Of a stretch of 51,751 nt of DNA, positions 18,542 through 28,307 are shown piece after piece (positions within the stretch are counted from its first letter, which is position 1; each line of letters begins with the position of its first letter). The translations under genes and the position numbers were made by a program. The stretch is from an uncultured Candidatus Peribacteria bacterium (GTDB lineage Bacteria > Patescibacteriota > Gracilibacteria > UBA1369 > LOWO2-01-FULL-3): contig CAZCLD010000002.1 of NCBI GenBank assembly GCA_964499425.1, positions 1 to 51,751 of the forward strand, given 5' to 3'. Under the pieces are notes generated by a model. The model did no database searches. It worked only from the letters and a program-made list of their open reading frames with translations, and was not told the origin of the DNA.

Positions 18542-20251
18542 ATGCGTTATTCAAAGCTTTTTGGAAGAACCCGGCACAATCCCCCATGCGATGCTGATAG
18601 CAAGAATGCTACATTGCTTACTCAAGCTGGTTTCATCGAGAAATTGGCAGCGGGGATTTACAATTTGCTGCCACTTGGCCATCGAGTTTTTACCAAAATT
18701 AACACAATTATCCGTGAAGAAATGAACGCGGTGGATGGACAGGAGATCCTGATGCCTGCACTTCACCCGATTAGCCTTTGGGATGCTACTGGCAGAAATC
18801 GTACAATGGATGACATTCTCTATCGAACTCACGCTTCTGGAAATAAGGAATTCGTCTTTGGTCCGAGCCACGAGGAAACGGTCACTCCCCTGGCGGCTAA
18901 GTACATTCAGTCCTACAAGGATATGCCGCTTAGCGTTTATCAGGTCCAGACGAAATTTCGAGATGAACCTCGGGCTAAATCCGGCCTTCTCCGTGGCCGT
19001 GAATTTGGAATGAAGGATATGTATAGTTTTCATAGTTCTGAGGAGGATTTGGATGAATACTATGAGCGTTCTAAGACCGCATACTTTAATGTCTTTGAGA
19101 GATGTGGGCTTAAGGCTTATCTTTGTGAAGCTTCTGGTGGCCCATTCTCCGATAAGCACTCTCATGAATTCTCTATAGTCACTCCCGCCGGCGAAGATAC
19201 GATAATCGTTTGTGAGAAATGTGATACAGCTCAAAACCTTGAGATCGCTGAGGGAAAAGTTGCGGATCCGGAGGAAAAAGAAGAAAAAGAATTACCTCTT
19301 GAGGAAATCGATTTGGATCGTGGCTTTTCTGTTAAGGAAAACGCTGAGGCTCATGGGGTTCCTGAGTACAAAATTCTAAAAACAGTTGTGTACGAGGTTG
19401 AGGATGCCGGACTGCTCGGTGTTGTTATTCGTGGCGATTTGAGCGTGAGTGATGTCAAACTTGAGAATTACGTAAAGAAGCAATTGCGCGCTGCAAGTCC
19501 TGAGATACTTGAGAAAGCTGGGCTGGTACAGGGCTATATTTCTCCTGTCAATCTACCAAAAGGCGTTAAGTTATCATTCATTGCTGATCATTCTATCAAA
19601 AATGTGAAGAATTTCTCTACTGGCGCTAATGCCAAAGCAAAGGACTACAAAAATGCTAATCTTGGCAGAGACTTTACGATTGATGATTTCACCGATTTGG
19701 TTGAGGTTAAGAGTGGTTTTGACTGCGGGAAATGTGGCAAAGCGCTCAAAGAGATTAAGGCAATCGAGGCTGGGAATATTTTCAAATTGGGGACCAGGTT
19801 TAGTGAGGCTTTTGGATTAAATTTTACCGATAAGGACGGTAAATCCAAGCCTGTTGTCATGGGTTGTTATGGTATCGGTAATACGCGTTTGATGGGGACT
19901 ATTGTGGAGGCACTGTCCGATGAAAATGGGATGATCTGGCCCCTCTCTGTTTCTCCATACCACCTACACATGGTAACGATTGGTAATGATGACGAGGTAA
20001 TGAAAGCTGCTGAGAAGTTGTACAAGGATCTCCAGGGAGCTTCTGTTGAAGTTCTTTTTGATGACAGAGATGAAAGTCCAGGTGTTAAGCTGAAGGATGC
20101 AGATTTGATTGGCATTCCTCTTAGAATCGTCTTGAGTAGGAGAACACTTGAAAAAGACTCAGTGGAATGGAAAATACGCACCGAAAAGGATCCAAAAGAC
20201 GTCAAATTAAACAATCTAATCAAGGAAGTTGAAGGTTTTATTGCTGGGTAA
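18542..20251 (+). CDS. proS: Proline--tRNA ligase (bacterial type with insertion domain)
   Basis: MRYSKLFGRT N-terminus, class II motifs (FRDEPRAKSGLLRGREFGMKD, GCYGIG) and a C-terminal anticodon-binding domain. The ORF-track start at 18473 is probably too early. Confidence 0.9.
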   Translation: MRYSKLFGRTRHNPPCDADSKNATLLTQAGFIEKLAAGIYNLLPLGHRVFTKINTIIREEMNAVDGQEILMPALHPISLWDATGRNRTMDDILYRTHASGNKEFVFGPSHEETVTPLAAKYIQSYKDMPLSVYQVQTKFRDEPRAKSGLLRGREFGMKDMYSFHSSEEDLDEYYERSKTAYFNVFERCGLKAYLCEASGGPFSDKHSHEFSIVTPAGEDTIIVCEKCDTAQNLEIAEGKVADPEEKEEKELPLEEIDLDRGFSVKENAEAHGVPEYKILKTVVYEVEDAGLLGVVIRGDLSVSDVKLENYVKKQLRAASPEILEKAGLVQGYISPVNLPKGVKLSFIADHSIKNVKNFSTGANAKAKDYKNANLGRDFTIDDFTDLVEVKSGFDCGKCGKALKEIKAIEAGNIFKLGTRFSEAFGLNFTDKDGKSKPVVMGCYGIGNTRLMGTIVEALSDENGMIWPLSVSPYHLHMVTIGNDDEVMKAAEKLYKDLQGASVEVLFDDRDESPGVKLKDADLIGIPLRIVLSRRTLEKDSVEWKIRTEKDPKDVKLNNLIKEVEGFIAG

Positions 20252-21137
20252 AAATGGGATGCTCGGTTCTTGCTTCTTGAAGCATCTTGCAGGGAGTGAG
20301 GATTTTGAGATGTATGCTTTTGACAAGGAGGAAGTTGATATCACGAACGCCAAGTCTGTTACAGCTGCGTTTAAGCGGATTTCGCCGGATTTCTTGATCA
20401 ATTGTGCAGCTTATACTGCTGTGGATGATTGTGAATCCAATAAGAAGGAGGCCTTTCGAGTTAATGCTCGGGCTGCTGGAGTTGTGGCGGAGGTTTGCAA
20501 GGAGGAGAATGCTACGCTGATCCATTTCAGTACTGATTATGTTTTTGATGGTGAGAATCCTGAGGGATATAGCGAGGATGATGAATGCTCCCCCATAAAT
20601 ATTTACGGTGAGACCAAGCGTGCTGGGGAAGAATTGATTATGAGTACGCTTGATGAACACTATATAATCAGGACTTCTTGGCTTTTTGGTGAGGGTGGGA
20701 AGAATTTTGTGGATACTATGATTGATTTGGGAAAGACTCGTGACGAACTTAAGGTTGTCAATGATCAAATCGGTTCACCAACTTATACGAATGATCTTTG
20801 CAAGGCTGTAATTAAGTATTTTTTGAGACCCTATCTAGCCGAAGTGCCTACGCATCATGTGCGTTCTTTTAATACTGAGGAGGAATTTGGTGAGAGGCAG
20901 GATTTTGGTGTTTATCATCTCACAAATTCGGAGACTTGTTCTTGGTTTGAATTTGCAAAAGAGATCTTTGGACTAATGAATATAGATGTAAAGATTGATG
21001 CAGTAGATTCTGGCGAATTTAAGAGGCCTGCTAAAAGGCCACACTGCTCTGTTTTAAAGAACACAAAGCTGCCAGAATTGCGCAGATGGCATGAGGCGCT
21101 TGAAATCTATCTTCAGCTAAATCATGGCTTGACATAG
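20229..21137 (+). CDS. rfbD: dTDP-4-dehydrorhamnose reductase
   Basis: The N-terminus (M)KVLLLGKNGMLGS uses a TTG start. Also present are NCAAYTAVD, YGETKRAGE (YxxxK) and VNDQIGSPTYTNDL. Confidence 0.85.
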   Translation: MKVLLLGKNGMLGSCFLKHLAGSEDFEMYAFDKEEVDITNAKSVTAAFKRISPDFLINCAAYTAVDDCESNKKEAFRVNARAAGVVAEVCKEENATLIHFSTDYVFDGENPEGYSEDDECSPINIYGETKRAGEELIMSTLDEHYIIRTSWLFGEGGKNFVDTMIDLGKTRDELKVVNDQIGSPTYTNDLCKAVIKYFLRPYLAEVPTHHVRSFNTEEEFGERQDFGVYHLTNSETCSWFEFAKEIFGLMNIDVKIDAVDSGEFKRPAKRPHCSVLKNTKLPELRRWHEALEIYLQLNHGLT

Positions 21138-21179
21138 CCCTATTTAACTACTATCGTATGGCACATTATCAATTTTTGT

Positions 21180-21902
21180 ATGTCAGAATTTGCTAGCCGC
21201 GATCAAATAATTGAGGACGTAGAAGCATTTCATAGAAGTGCCTGGGAAATCGCATTGCACTATCAGGGGCTAGACGCTGAGGATTTGACTGTGGTTGACC
21301 GCCCACCTCACGCAAAAGAGGTACATGCCGGCGATGGAATGGTTGTAGATATTTTGAGGCCAGATGAGAGTTCTCCATTAGATCTTGGCGCTACTTTTGC
21401 TGACTTGGTCAAAGAAGGCGTTATTGATCCTGACACAGCTGATGCTGTTCAGGCTGAGGTTAGGGAGCAACTCAATGGTACGCTTGAGCTGGGGATGGTG
21501 GTAATCGATGATCGCCCGTGTATCGCGCGCGAGTACGAGCTGAATCCACTTCTCTTCTCTGGTTTAACAGAGGCTGATGCAGAGGCATTCCAAGCCCGTT
21601 GCCAACAAGCTGTAAGAGATTTGATGGAGCTTGGGGCAGTTGAGAGCAAGGATGATTTTCCTCCTGAAATGATCCCTCCAAAAATTCTGGCCTTACGCCC
21701 TAGTCGCGGATTTAGAATTGTGGGTAGATCGGTGAATGCCACTGACTCAGATTCTCTGGATTTCCCATGGCAGGGAATTAGGGGTGAAATGCCAGGCTCT
21801 AGCATACATTCCATGGAGGGAGACAAGAGTAATCTAGTTAGGGCTGTGATTTTGGAGGCAGTACGAAGAAGACTGAATGCCTGCCTACCTTTGGATGCAT
21901 AG
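21180..21902 (+). CDS. Hypothetical protein
   Basis: 240-aa acidic ORF that looks richer in G+C than its rfbD and rfbA neighbours. No motif recognised. Confidence 0.55.
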   Translation: MSEFASRDQIIEDVEAFHRSAWEIALHYQGLDAEDLTVVDRPPHAKEVHAGDGMVVDILRPDESSPLDLGATFADLVKEGVIDPDTADAVQAEVREQLNGTLELGMVVIDDRPCIAREYELNPLLFSGLTEADAEAFQARCQQAVRDLMELGAVESKDDFPPEMIPPKILALRPSRGFRIVGRSVNATDSDSLDFPWQGIRGEMPGSSIHSMEGDKSNLVRAVILEAVRRRLNACLPLDA

Positions 21903-21945
21903 AAATTATTGCGATTAAGGCAATTTTGCTGTTTAATTAGCGCAT

Positions 21946-22758
21946 ATGAGAGGAATTATTCTTGCTGGGGGAACAGGTAGTAGACTGAATCCCCTGACAA
22001 AGGTGACTAATAAGCACTTGCTTCCGGTTTACAATAAACCGATGATCTATTATCCCCTTTATACTTTGAAAGAGGCAGGGATTACGAATGTCATGATAGT
22101 TTCCGGCAAGGGCCACGCTGGTAGCTTTTTAGAGCTTCTTGGCTCTGGCTCGGAGTTAGGGATGAAGATCTCTTATGAAGTCCAAGAGGAGGCTGGAGGG
22201 ATTGCCCAGGCGCTCGGTCTAACACAGGATTTTGCTAATAACGAGAAGGTTGTAGTGGTTTTAGGAGATAATATTATTGAGGACAATATCAGCTCTGCAA
22301 TTAGTGAGTTCAAAATGCAGCCGAGAGGCGCCAAGATTTTCCTGAAGGCAGTAGATACTCCTGAGGCTTACGGGGTTGCTCAGCTTGAGAATGACAGAAT
22401 AACCTCAATTGTTGAGAAACCTGAGAATCCAGTGTCTGATCTAGCAGTAATTGGCTGCTATATGTATGATCCTCAAGTTTACGACGTGATTACAGGCCTT
22501 GAGCCATCGAACAGGAATGAACTGGAGATTACTGATGTTAATAACTACTATTTGCAGCAGGGCACATTAAAATATGAGGTTCTTGATGGTTTCTGGGGAG
22601 ACTGTGGGGAATCATTTGATAGTCTGATGGAAGCTTCTTCCATGGTTCAAAAAAGTGATTTAGCCCGAGTGGATGAAAAACTTTCTTTACTTCCAAGAAA
22701 ACACAAAAACTTAAATCCAGATGAAAAAAATACTAGTGACCGGGTCTATAGCATATGA
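21946..22758 (+). CDS. rfbA: Sugar-phosphate nucleotidyltransferase, glucose-1-phosphate thymidylyltransferase-like
   Basis: MRGIILAGGTGSRLNPLT...NKHLLPVYNKPMIYYPL signature, LGDNI, and VEKP. Confidence 0.75.
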   Translation: MRGIILAGGTGSRLNPLTKVTNKHLLPVYNKPMIYYPLYTLKEAGITNVMIVSGKGHAGSFLELLGSGSELGMKISYEVQEEAGGIAQALGLTQDFANNEKVVVVLGDNIIEDNISSAISEFKMQPRGAKIFLKAVDTPEAYGVAQLENDRITSIVEKPENPVSDLAVIGCYMYDPQVYDVITGLEPSNRNELEITDVNNYYLQQGTLKYEVLDGFWGDCGESFDSLMEASSMVQKSDLARVDEKLSLLPRKHKNLNPDEKNTSDRVYSI

Positions 22759-23656
22759 CCACCTACTTGGTTTCGATGGTAAATTTAGCGACAGCATTAT
22801 TGCAGAGCAGCTTAAGAATTTGAGTATTTCCTTCACCGCGAATTCTCACCATAGTGATTTTGGCGGGTGTGGGGCTAATATCGCCTACAATTTGAGACTT
22901 CTTGATGAATCTCCTTTGCTTTTTGGGGTTGTGGGTAACGATTTCGATAGATACAAGGTTTGGCTTGAAAAGAATGATATTTCTACCGAAGAAGTGATAA
23001 TTGATAAAAACCACCCTACCGCTCAGGCGTTTGTTTTGACTGATGTGGAGCACCATCAAATAGCTATCTTTTCTCCAGCGGCAATGGCGGAGCATGAAAT
23101 TGAGATAAAGCTTAGGAATGAAGACTTTTCTACTGTAGAACGGGCTATTCTTTCCCCCGAGCAACCGGCTCGCATGCTTTATCTCGCAAAGTACTTTAGT
23201 GAAAATTCTCTTAGCTTCATTTTTGACCCGGGGCAATCGATCCCTGTTTTATCTCGGGATGATCTTTCATTCATGATCGAAAAATCGAGCGGAATGATTC
23301 TGAACGAATATGAGTGTGAAATTTTGATGCAAAAACTGGGTTTGGGCCTTGAGGATCTGGCTTTAGAGAGCGGATTTTTGATTAAGACCCTAGGCGCTGA
23401 AGGGTGTGAGCTCTATAAAAATGATAAAGTGGTCAGTATTCCGGCGTTTCAGGATGCAATAGTGGTTGATGCTACCGGCTGTGGTGATGCTTTTAGGGCT
23501 GGATTGCTACATGGGCTATCTATCGACGAGTCACTTGAGAACTCCTGTGCAATCGCCTGTACAGTAGCTTCTTTTGCTGTTGAAAAAGAGGGAACGCAGA
23601 ATCATAGCTTTACAACCGAGGAAATTGCACAACGTCTTAAATCAATACCTTCCTAA
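22721..23656 (+). CDS. PfkB-family carbohydrate/nucleoside kinase
   Basis: N-terminal GSIAYDHL, GGCGANIAYN, and the C-terminal PfkB signature DATGCGDAFRAG. Confidence 0.8.
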   Translation: MKKILVTGSIAYDHLLGFDGKFSDSIIAEQLKNLSISFTANSHHSDFGGCGANIAYNLRLLDESPLLFGVVGNDFDRYKVWLEKNDISTEEVIIDKNHPTAQAFVLTDVEHHQIAIFSPAAMAEHEIEIKLRNEDFSTVERAILSPEQPARMLYLAKYFSENSLSFIFDPGQSIPVLSRDDLSFMIEKSSGMILNEYECEILMQKLGLGLEDLALESGFLIKTLGAEGCELYKNDKVVSIPAFQDAIVVDATGCGDAFRAGLLHGLSIDESLENSCAIACTVASFAVEKEGTQNHSFTTEEIAQRLKSIPS

Positions 23657-24713
23657 GGATTTTTTCCATTTCTGAATGATCCTCCTTGGCCCTCTTGCTG
23701 AATTTATCGAGTTTGCCCCTGAATGAGTTTTTGTTTTTCATTATCCCGTTAAACACTTTCATCATGTCTTCTGAATCGACGTCCTCCATATTGAATAGAT
23801 ATTCAGAAAGTCCTGCATATTCTAAAAAGGCCTCAACCTTTGGGGCATAGTTTATGGCTATGAAAGGTGTCTCAGTTTTTATTGCCCCTATGATTGAGTG
23901 TAACCTCATTCCTAGCACAAAATTTACCGAATTATAGGATTTTAATATATTGGTCTGTGATCTTGAGTGATTGACGCTATTACCATGTTCCATCATGCTG
24001 ATAACGTCTTCGTGAAGTTTAAAGTCTTGCTTCTCGCCCTTTTGGAAATCCACGAGCTTGATACTCCAGTCTTTCTCAACGAGCTCATCCAAAAAATTGG
24101 CAATTTGTTTTTTGAAAAGAAGACTTATGTAATCCATTTGTCTTAGTGCAACTATTGCCCTTCTCTTCTTGTTATGATGGATTTGCGTTTTAGAGCAGAA
24201 TGCTAAATCTGGAGAAATGAGGATTTGTTTTTTAACCCCAAGAGCTCTAAGTCTGCCTCTTGATTTTTGATCTCTTACAACTATTAATTTTGCTTTTTTG
24301 AATATTCTTCTCACAATGAATCTTCTTATAAATCCCTTGAGATTGCCGATGCTTTGTCCAAGCATTATTACTGGTTTTTTGTAGCGATATGCTCTGAGTG
24401 CCTGTATTCCCCAGATTAAATTAGCGTTGAAAGTTAGAGAACCGAACAGCCCTCCCCCACCTAGAATAAAATAGTCGCATTCCTTCACCGCCTTTTTTGT
24501 TTTGGAGGTATCTGTGAAGAAGCTCCTTAATCCAGCCGGAAATTTTTGCGCTGAGAGGACCTTGTGCTGCCTTGCTGTTTCTACCGGGTTAGCGCTTAGC
24601 ACGGTGATCTGGGCGTTTGGATCGATGGATTTTAGTGTTTCCAAAACACCACTTAGGATCATTTCGTCCCCTAAGTTATCTGCACCATAATTACCACAAA
24701 CTACAATTTTCAT
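23637..24713 (-). CDS. Polysaccharide pyruvyl transferase family protein (CsaB-like)
   Basis: MKIVVCGNYGADNLGDEMIL N-terminus and GGGGLFG, both typical of the PS_pyruv_trans family. Confidence 0.65.
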   Translation of the reverse strand: MKIVVCGNYGADNLGDEMILSGVLETLKSIDPNAQITVLSANPVETARQHKVLSAQKFPAGLRSFFTDTSKTKKAVKECDYFILGGGGLFGSLTFNANLIWGIQALRAYRYKKPVIMLGQSIGNLKGFIRRFIVRRIFKKAKLIVVRDQKSRGRLRALGVKKQILISPDLAFCSKTQIHHNKKRRAIVALRQMDYISLLFKKQIANFLDELVEKDWSIKLVDFQKGEKQDFKLHEDVISMMEHGNSVNHSRSQTNILKSYNSVNFVLGMRLHSIIGAIKTETPFIAINYAPKVEAFLEYAGLSEYLFNMEDVDSEDMMKVFNGIMKNKNSFRGKLDKFSKRAKEDHSEMEKILRKVLI

Positions 24714-25306
24714 CGTTTAAAAGTATAGCTTCTTCTATGAATATCACAAAACCCGAATTTACTTATATTACTGCGATGTTGTCTGGTGCCGTAGCCTTTA
24801 TGTTTAGCGAAGCCATACTCAGGATATTTCTTAGAGTAATATTTCATTATCGCGTCTCTTGTAACTTTAGCGAGGATTGAAGCCGCAGCTATGGCCGGCA
24901 CTTTTTGGTCCCCCTTGATTATGGTTTGGAATGGAACAGCGACAATTTGTTTGTCCCTGCCATCGATGAGCACCAGGTCTGGTTTTTGTTTTAGCCCTCT
25001 GATGCAAAGGTCATTTGCAGCTATTGTTGCATTCAGAATGTTCACTTTGTCAATTTGTGTGTGGCTTACAATCCCGATCGCGTAATCAATGCAGTTTTTT
25101 AGGATGATTTCGAAAAGTTCTTCTCGCTTTTTTGGTGAAAGGAGTTTTGAGTCGTTGAGGCCCTTAATGTTGGCATCTTTTTTTAGAATTACGGCGGCTG
25201 AGACCACTGGTCCGGCTAATGGCCCTCGTCCTGCCTCGTCTATTCCCGCAACAAAATTAAATCCCAGACTTTTAAGTTGGGATTGAATGGGGATGAAGGG
25301 TGCCAT
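24710..25306 (-). CDS. rnhB: Ribonuclease HII
   Basis: GIDEAGRGPLAGPVV, DSKLLS, and ASILAKVTRD motifs. Confidence 0.9.
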   Translation of the reverse strand: MAPFIPIQSQLKSLGFNFVAGIDEAGRGPLAGPVVSAAVILKKDANIKGLNDSKLLSPKKREELFEIILKNCIDYAIGIVSHTQIDKVNILNATIAANDLCIRGLKQKPDLVLIDGRDKQIVAVPFQTIIKGDQKVPAIAAASILAKVTRDAIMKYYSKKYPEYGFAKHKGYGTRQHRSNISKFGFCDIHRRSYTFKR

Positions 25307-25318
25307 TTGTGAATGGTT

Positions 25319-25933
25319 TTACTCTTCCTTTTTGGGTTCCTCGGCTGGAGCCTCTGCTTTTGCTTCGGCGGTCTCAGGCGGCTCGGGGGTGGTGTTTTCA
25401 GGAGCTGTCGCTGGCTTATCCTTGCTTTCTGGCGTTTCCGATCCAGGTGCCTTCGCCTCGCTTTGCTCGCCTTCGGCACTAGCCTCCTCGGCGCTAGGCG
25501 CGATTCCATCTTTTTCTTTCTTAGCCTTCTCTGCTTCTTCATGTGCCTCCGCTAGCGCTGCGGCACTGTCCTCCATCTCTGCCTCAGTGACAAATCCTTC
25601 CTTTAGTCTTGCAGATTTACCACTTCTTTCTCTCATGTAGTATAGCTTTGAGCGTCTAACCTTAGCCTTTTTCTTGATTTCTATCTTCACAATTGTCGGT
25701 GAATATAGAGAGAATACTTTCTCTACACCAATTCCCTGGACAATTTTACGAACTGTAAAAGTTTTATCAGCGCCGTGTCCACTGTTTAGTTTGATCACGA
25801 GGCCTTCAAAAATCTGGATTCGTTCCTTTTCGCCCTCCTTGATTTTCTGATGTACACGCACCGTATTACCAGCTCTGATGGCTGGAACTTTTTTCTTGAT
25901 AGCTAGTTTTTGTACTTCCTGTAAGACTGACAT
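25319..25933 (-). CDS. rplS: 50S ribosomal protein L19 with ~85-aa acidic/Ala/Pro-rich C-terminal extension
   Basis: The first ~118 aa match the L19 core (RAGNTVRVHQKIKEGEKERIQIFEGLVI...RRSKLYYMR). The remainder is a low-complexity E/A/K/P tail. Confidence 0.9.
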   Translation of the reverse strand: MSVLQEVQKLAIKKKVPAIRAGNTVRVHQKIKEGEKERIQIFEGLVIKLNSGHGADKTFTVRKIVQGIGVEKVFSLYSPTIVKIEIKKKAKVRRSKLYYMRERSGKSARLKEGFVTEAEMEDSAAALAEAHEEAEKAKKEKDGIAPSAEEASAEGEQSEAKAPGSETPESKDKPATAPENTTPEPPETAEAKAEAPAEEPKKEE

Positions 25934-25979
25934 AGCAAATTTTTACGCTCACGCAATATATAGAAGAGTGCCCTTTTAA

Positions 25980-26579
25980 TCAAGAGATTTTGTTGATTGG
26001 GATCTGGTTTTCGTTTTTGTTCATCAGGTCCGTCACGAATTTATCCTTGCAGTTTAACCTGTACTTGAAGTCTTCCTCGTTCATTATTGTGAATTTAACG
26101 GGTCTTTTGGTCCGAAGATCATTATTTATGTAGCTTGCGAGCCTTTCTTTATCCATATTACCCACAATCATCATGTCGACACTTGTTGTAGGCTTACCCA
26201 CAAATAATCCAGAGAGAGCAAGTATTCTGACGTCTCCCATTTTTGAAATGTCCTTCGCAAGTGACTCATTGGAGGATAGAGCTTTTACAATTATGCTCTT
26301 TAATTCTTCTAGAAAGATAAAGTTTTTGTTCACATAGTAGTATTTCTTCCGAAGTTTTGTACGCGATCTCAAGAAACCAAGCTTCCTGAGGTTGTCTAGT
26401 TCACGCCGAATAGAGTTGATTTGTTCGTCGAGCTTTCGTGTTAATTCCCTGATGAAGTACTCTTCCCCCGGATTCATTAGGAAAACTGTCAAAAGCTTAA
26501 TACGCGTGTTTGATGTAAATAATCGCTTTAGCATGCCCGAAAATATTGCCCTTAATTGTTGCCCAAGCGAAATGTACAC
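25980..26579 (-). CDS. Winged-helix (ArsR-like) transcriptional regulator with C-terminal uncharacterised domain
   Basis: RIKLLTVFLMNPGEEYFIRELTRKLDEQINSIRRELDNLRKLGFL is a wHTH pattern. The start may instead be the internal Met at 26534. Confidence 0.55.
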   Translation of the reverse strand: MYISLGQQLRAIFSGMLKRLFTSNTRIKLLTVFLMNPGEEYFIRELTRKLDEQINSIRRELDNLRKLGFLRSRTKLRKKYYYVNKNFIFLEELKSIIVKALSSNESLAKDISKMGDVRILALSGLFVGKPTTSVDMMIVGNMDKERLASYINNDLRTKRPVKFTIMNEEDFKYRLNCKDKFVTDLMNKNENQIPINKIS

Positions 26580-26616
26580 AAATTGTATACATCATGCAAT
26601 ATTTTTTTGAACGCTC

Positions 26617-26856
26617 TTAGAAATCCTGCTCTTCCTCATCCTCTGGCACTGCCAAAACCTTTGTTAAAAATCCGTGATAAAGAGCACCGGTTATTATTCC
26701 CACAACTGCTACTCCCAGAAATACTATCGTTGGATTTTGTCGGACATCATAAAAGAGGAATTTGAGCTGGCTGCATTGAGCCCCGATGTTTCCAAAAGAT
26801 AGTACGAGGATCAGTACCGTAAAGATAATTGATAATGTGAGATAGAGTGCTTTCAT
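26617..26856 (-). CDS. Small two-TM membrane protein (LapA-domain-like)
   Basis: 79 aa with two hydrophobic helices and an acidic C-terminus. Confidence 0.5.
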   Translation of the reverse strand: MKALYLTLSIIFTVLILVLSFGNIGAQCSQLKFLFYDVRQNPTIVFLGVAVVGIITGALYHGFLTKVLAVPEDEEEQDF

Positions 26857-26890
26857 AGGAAAATTTGTTATTTCTTAGTCAGTTTAGTTT

Positions 26891-28162
26891 TTATGCCAAA
26901 ACTTTGTCAAATAGTTTTCTTAAAGCTAGGCGATTTTTTAATTGTACTTTGAGTTTTCCACCATCGAATTCTGCTTGGATCTTTTGCTCCTGCTCTGGTG
27001 GGTAATTGGCCTTTATCTTCTCAAGCTCGCCCTTAAGATCCTCCTCAGTCACCTCTACTTTCTCCTCTTTTATGAGGTGTTGGAGAGCGAGTCTGATCTT
27101 AATGCGTCTTTCGCCTTCTGGGCGATACTTTTTTCGCAAATCGTCTTCTGTGGTTTTTGATTGTTCAAGGAATTGGGCAAATTTTATTCCTTTTTGCTCA
27201 ACATCTTCCTTCATTTCCAAGAGAATGTACTCTGATTCCTCATCTACCAGTGCTTCTGGCATTTCAACCTTTGTCATTTTGAGTAGTTTTTCTATGTATT
27301 CATTCTCCTGTTTTTGCTTTGATTCAAGGTCTTTTTTGGCTTGAATGTTTTTTTCAATTTCTTTTTTGAAATCTTCAACAGATTGCTTTTTCCCCGTCAT
27401 TTTTTCGATAAGCGCATCGTCTAGCTCAGGAATTGTTGGCTCCTCAATTCGTTTAATCTCAGCCTTAAATTTCATCTTCTTATTTTGAAATTCCTTTTTC
27501 CCGTAATCTTTGGGGAATGTAATGTCGAATTCCTTTTTCTCATCCTTTTTTAGACCGATGAGTTCTTCTTCGAACCCTGGAATAAGGGATCCTTCTCCTA
27601 TAATTACTGGATGATTGGAGCTTTTTGTATTCTCTACCGCCTTCCCTTCTTCATCAAAACCTTCAAAGTCCACCTCTACCCGATCCCCTTTCTGAATAAC
27701 TCTATTTGCATCTTTGAATGTTGTACCGTATTTTTTCATGTCTTCTACCACTTGGTCTATATCTTTGTCTGTGACTTTTGCTTCTTCCTTCTTAATTTTG
27801 ATTGATCTGTAGTCCTTTATCTCAACTTCTGGGAGAATGGCCACTTTTGCGGTGAAAGTAAGGGGTTCCTCACTGTCGATATTCACCTTTGGGCGAGAAA
27901 CTACCGCCAGTTTTTCCTTAACCACCACTTCAGCATAGGCATGCTGAATGGCATACTGCTGAGTCTGTGCTTTTATCAGGTTCTTGTCGACATATTCCTC
28001 CAAAACATTTGGAGGGACATGGCCTGGCCTGAACCCTTTGACTTTTACGTCCTTTGAAATTTCATCACATGCTTTTTTCTTAAATTCATGCATTTTCTCA
28101 GGTGGAACTGTTGCCTTTATTTCCACCTCCGATTTTGGAAGTTTTTTGACTGTGTAGTCCAT
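26891..28162 (-). CDS. tig: Trigger factor
   Basis: 423 aa from MDYTVKKLPKSEVEI, with an FKBP-type PPIase core (GDRVEVDFEGF...HPVIIGEGSLIPGFEEEL). The tracked ORF extends 106 codons further upstream into the divergent gene, which I treat as spurious. Confidence 0.9.
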   Translation of the reverse strand: MDYTVKKLPKSEVEIKATVPPEKMHEFKKKACDEISKDVKVKGFRPGHVPPNVLEEYVDKNLIKAQTQQYAIQHAYAEVVVKEKLAVVSRPKVNIDSEEPLTFTAKVAILPEVEIKDYRSIKIKKEEAKVTDKDIDQVVEDMKKYGTTFKDANRVIQKGDRVEVDFEGFDEEGKAVENTKSSNHPVIIGEGSLIPGFEEELIGLKKDEKKEFDITFPKDYGKKEFQNKKMKFKAEIKRIEEPTIPELDDALIEKMTGKKQSVEDFKKEIEKNIQAKKDLESKQKQENEYIEKLLKMTKVEMPEALVDEESEYILLEMKEDVEQKGIKFAQFLEQSKTTEDDLRKKYRPEGERRIKIRLALQHLIKEEKVEVTEEDLKGELEKIKANYPPEQEQKIQAEFDGGKLKVQLKNRLALRKLFDKVLA

Positions 28163-28256
28163 TTGTACTTGATTAAATAGGGATTTATGGTAGTTTGAGG
28201 TACTCGATGTACCTGGTTTTCCCGGACATCCTACCTTTAAAAGTGGCCCAAGGCAA

Positions 28257-28285
28257 TTGTTTTTGAGGCCAAAATATGATAGAAT
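28257..28285 (+). promoter_or_regulatory. Putative promoter of the giant orphan operon (TTGTTT-17-TGaTAGAAT)
   Basis: Extended -10 TGATAGAAT at 28277-28285 and a weak -35 at 28257-28262, 22 nt before ATG 28308. Confidence 0.4.
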
Positions 28286-28307
28286 ACTTGGATAAACTGA
28301 ACCTATT

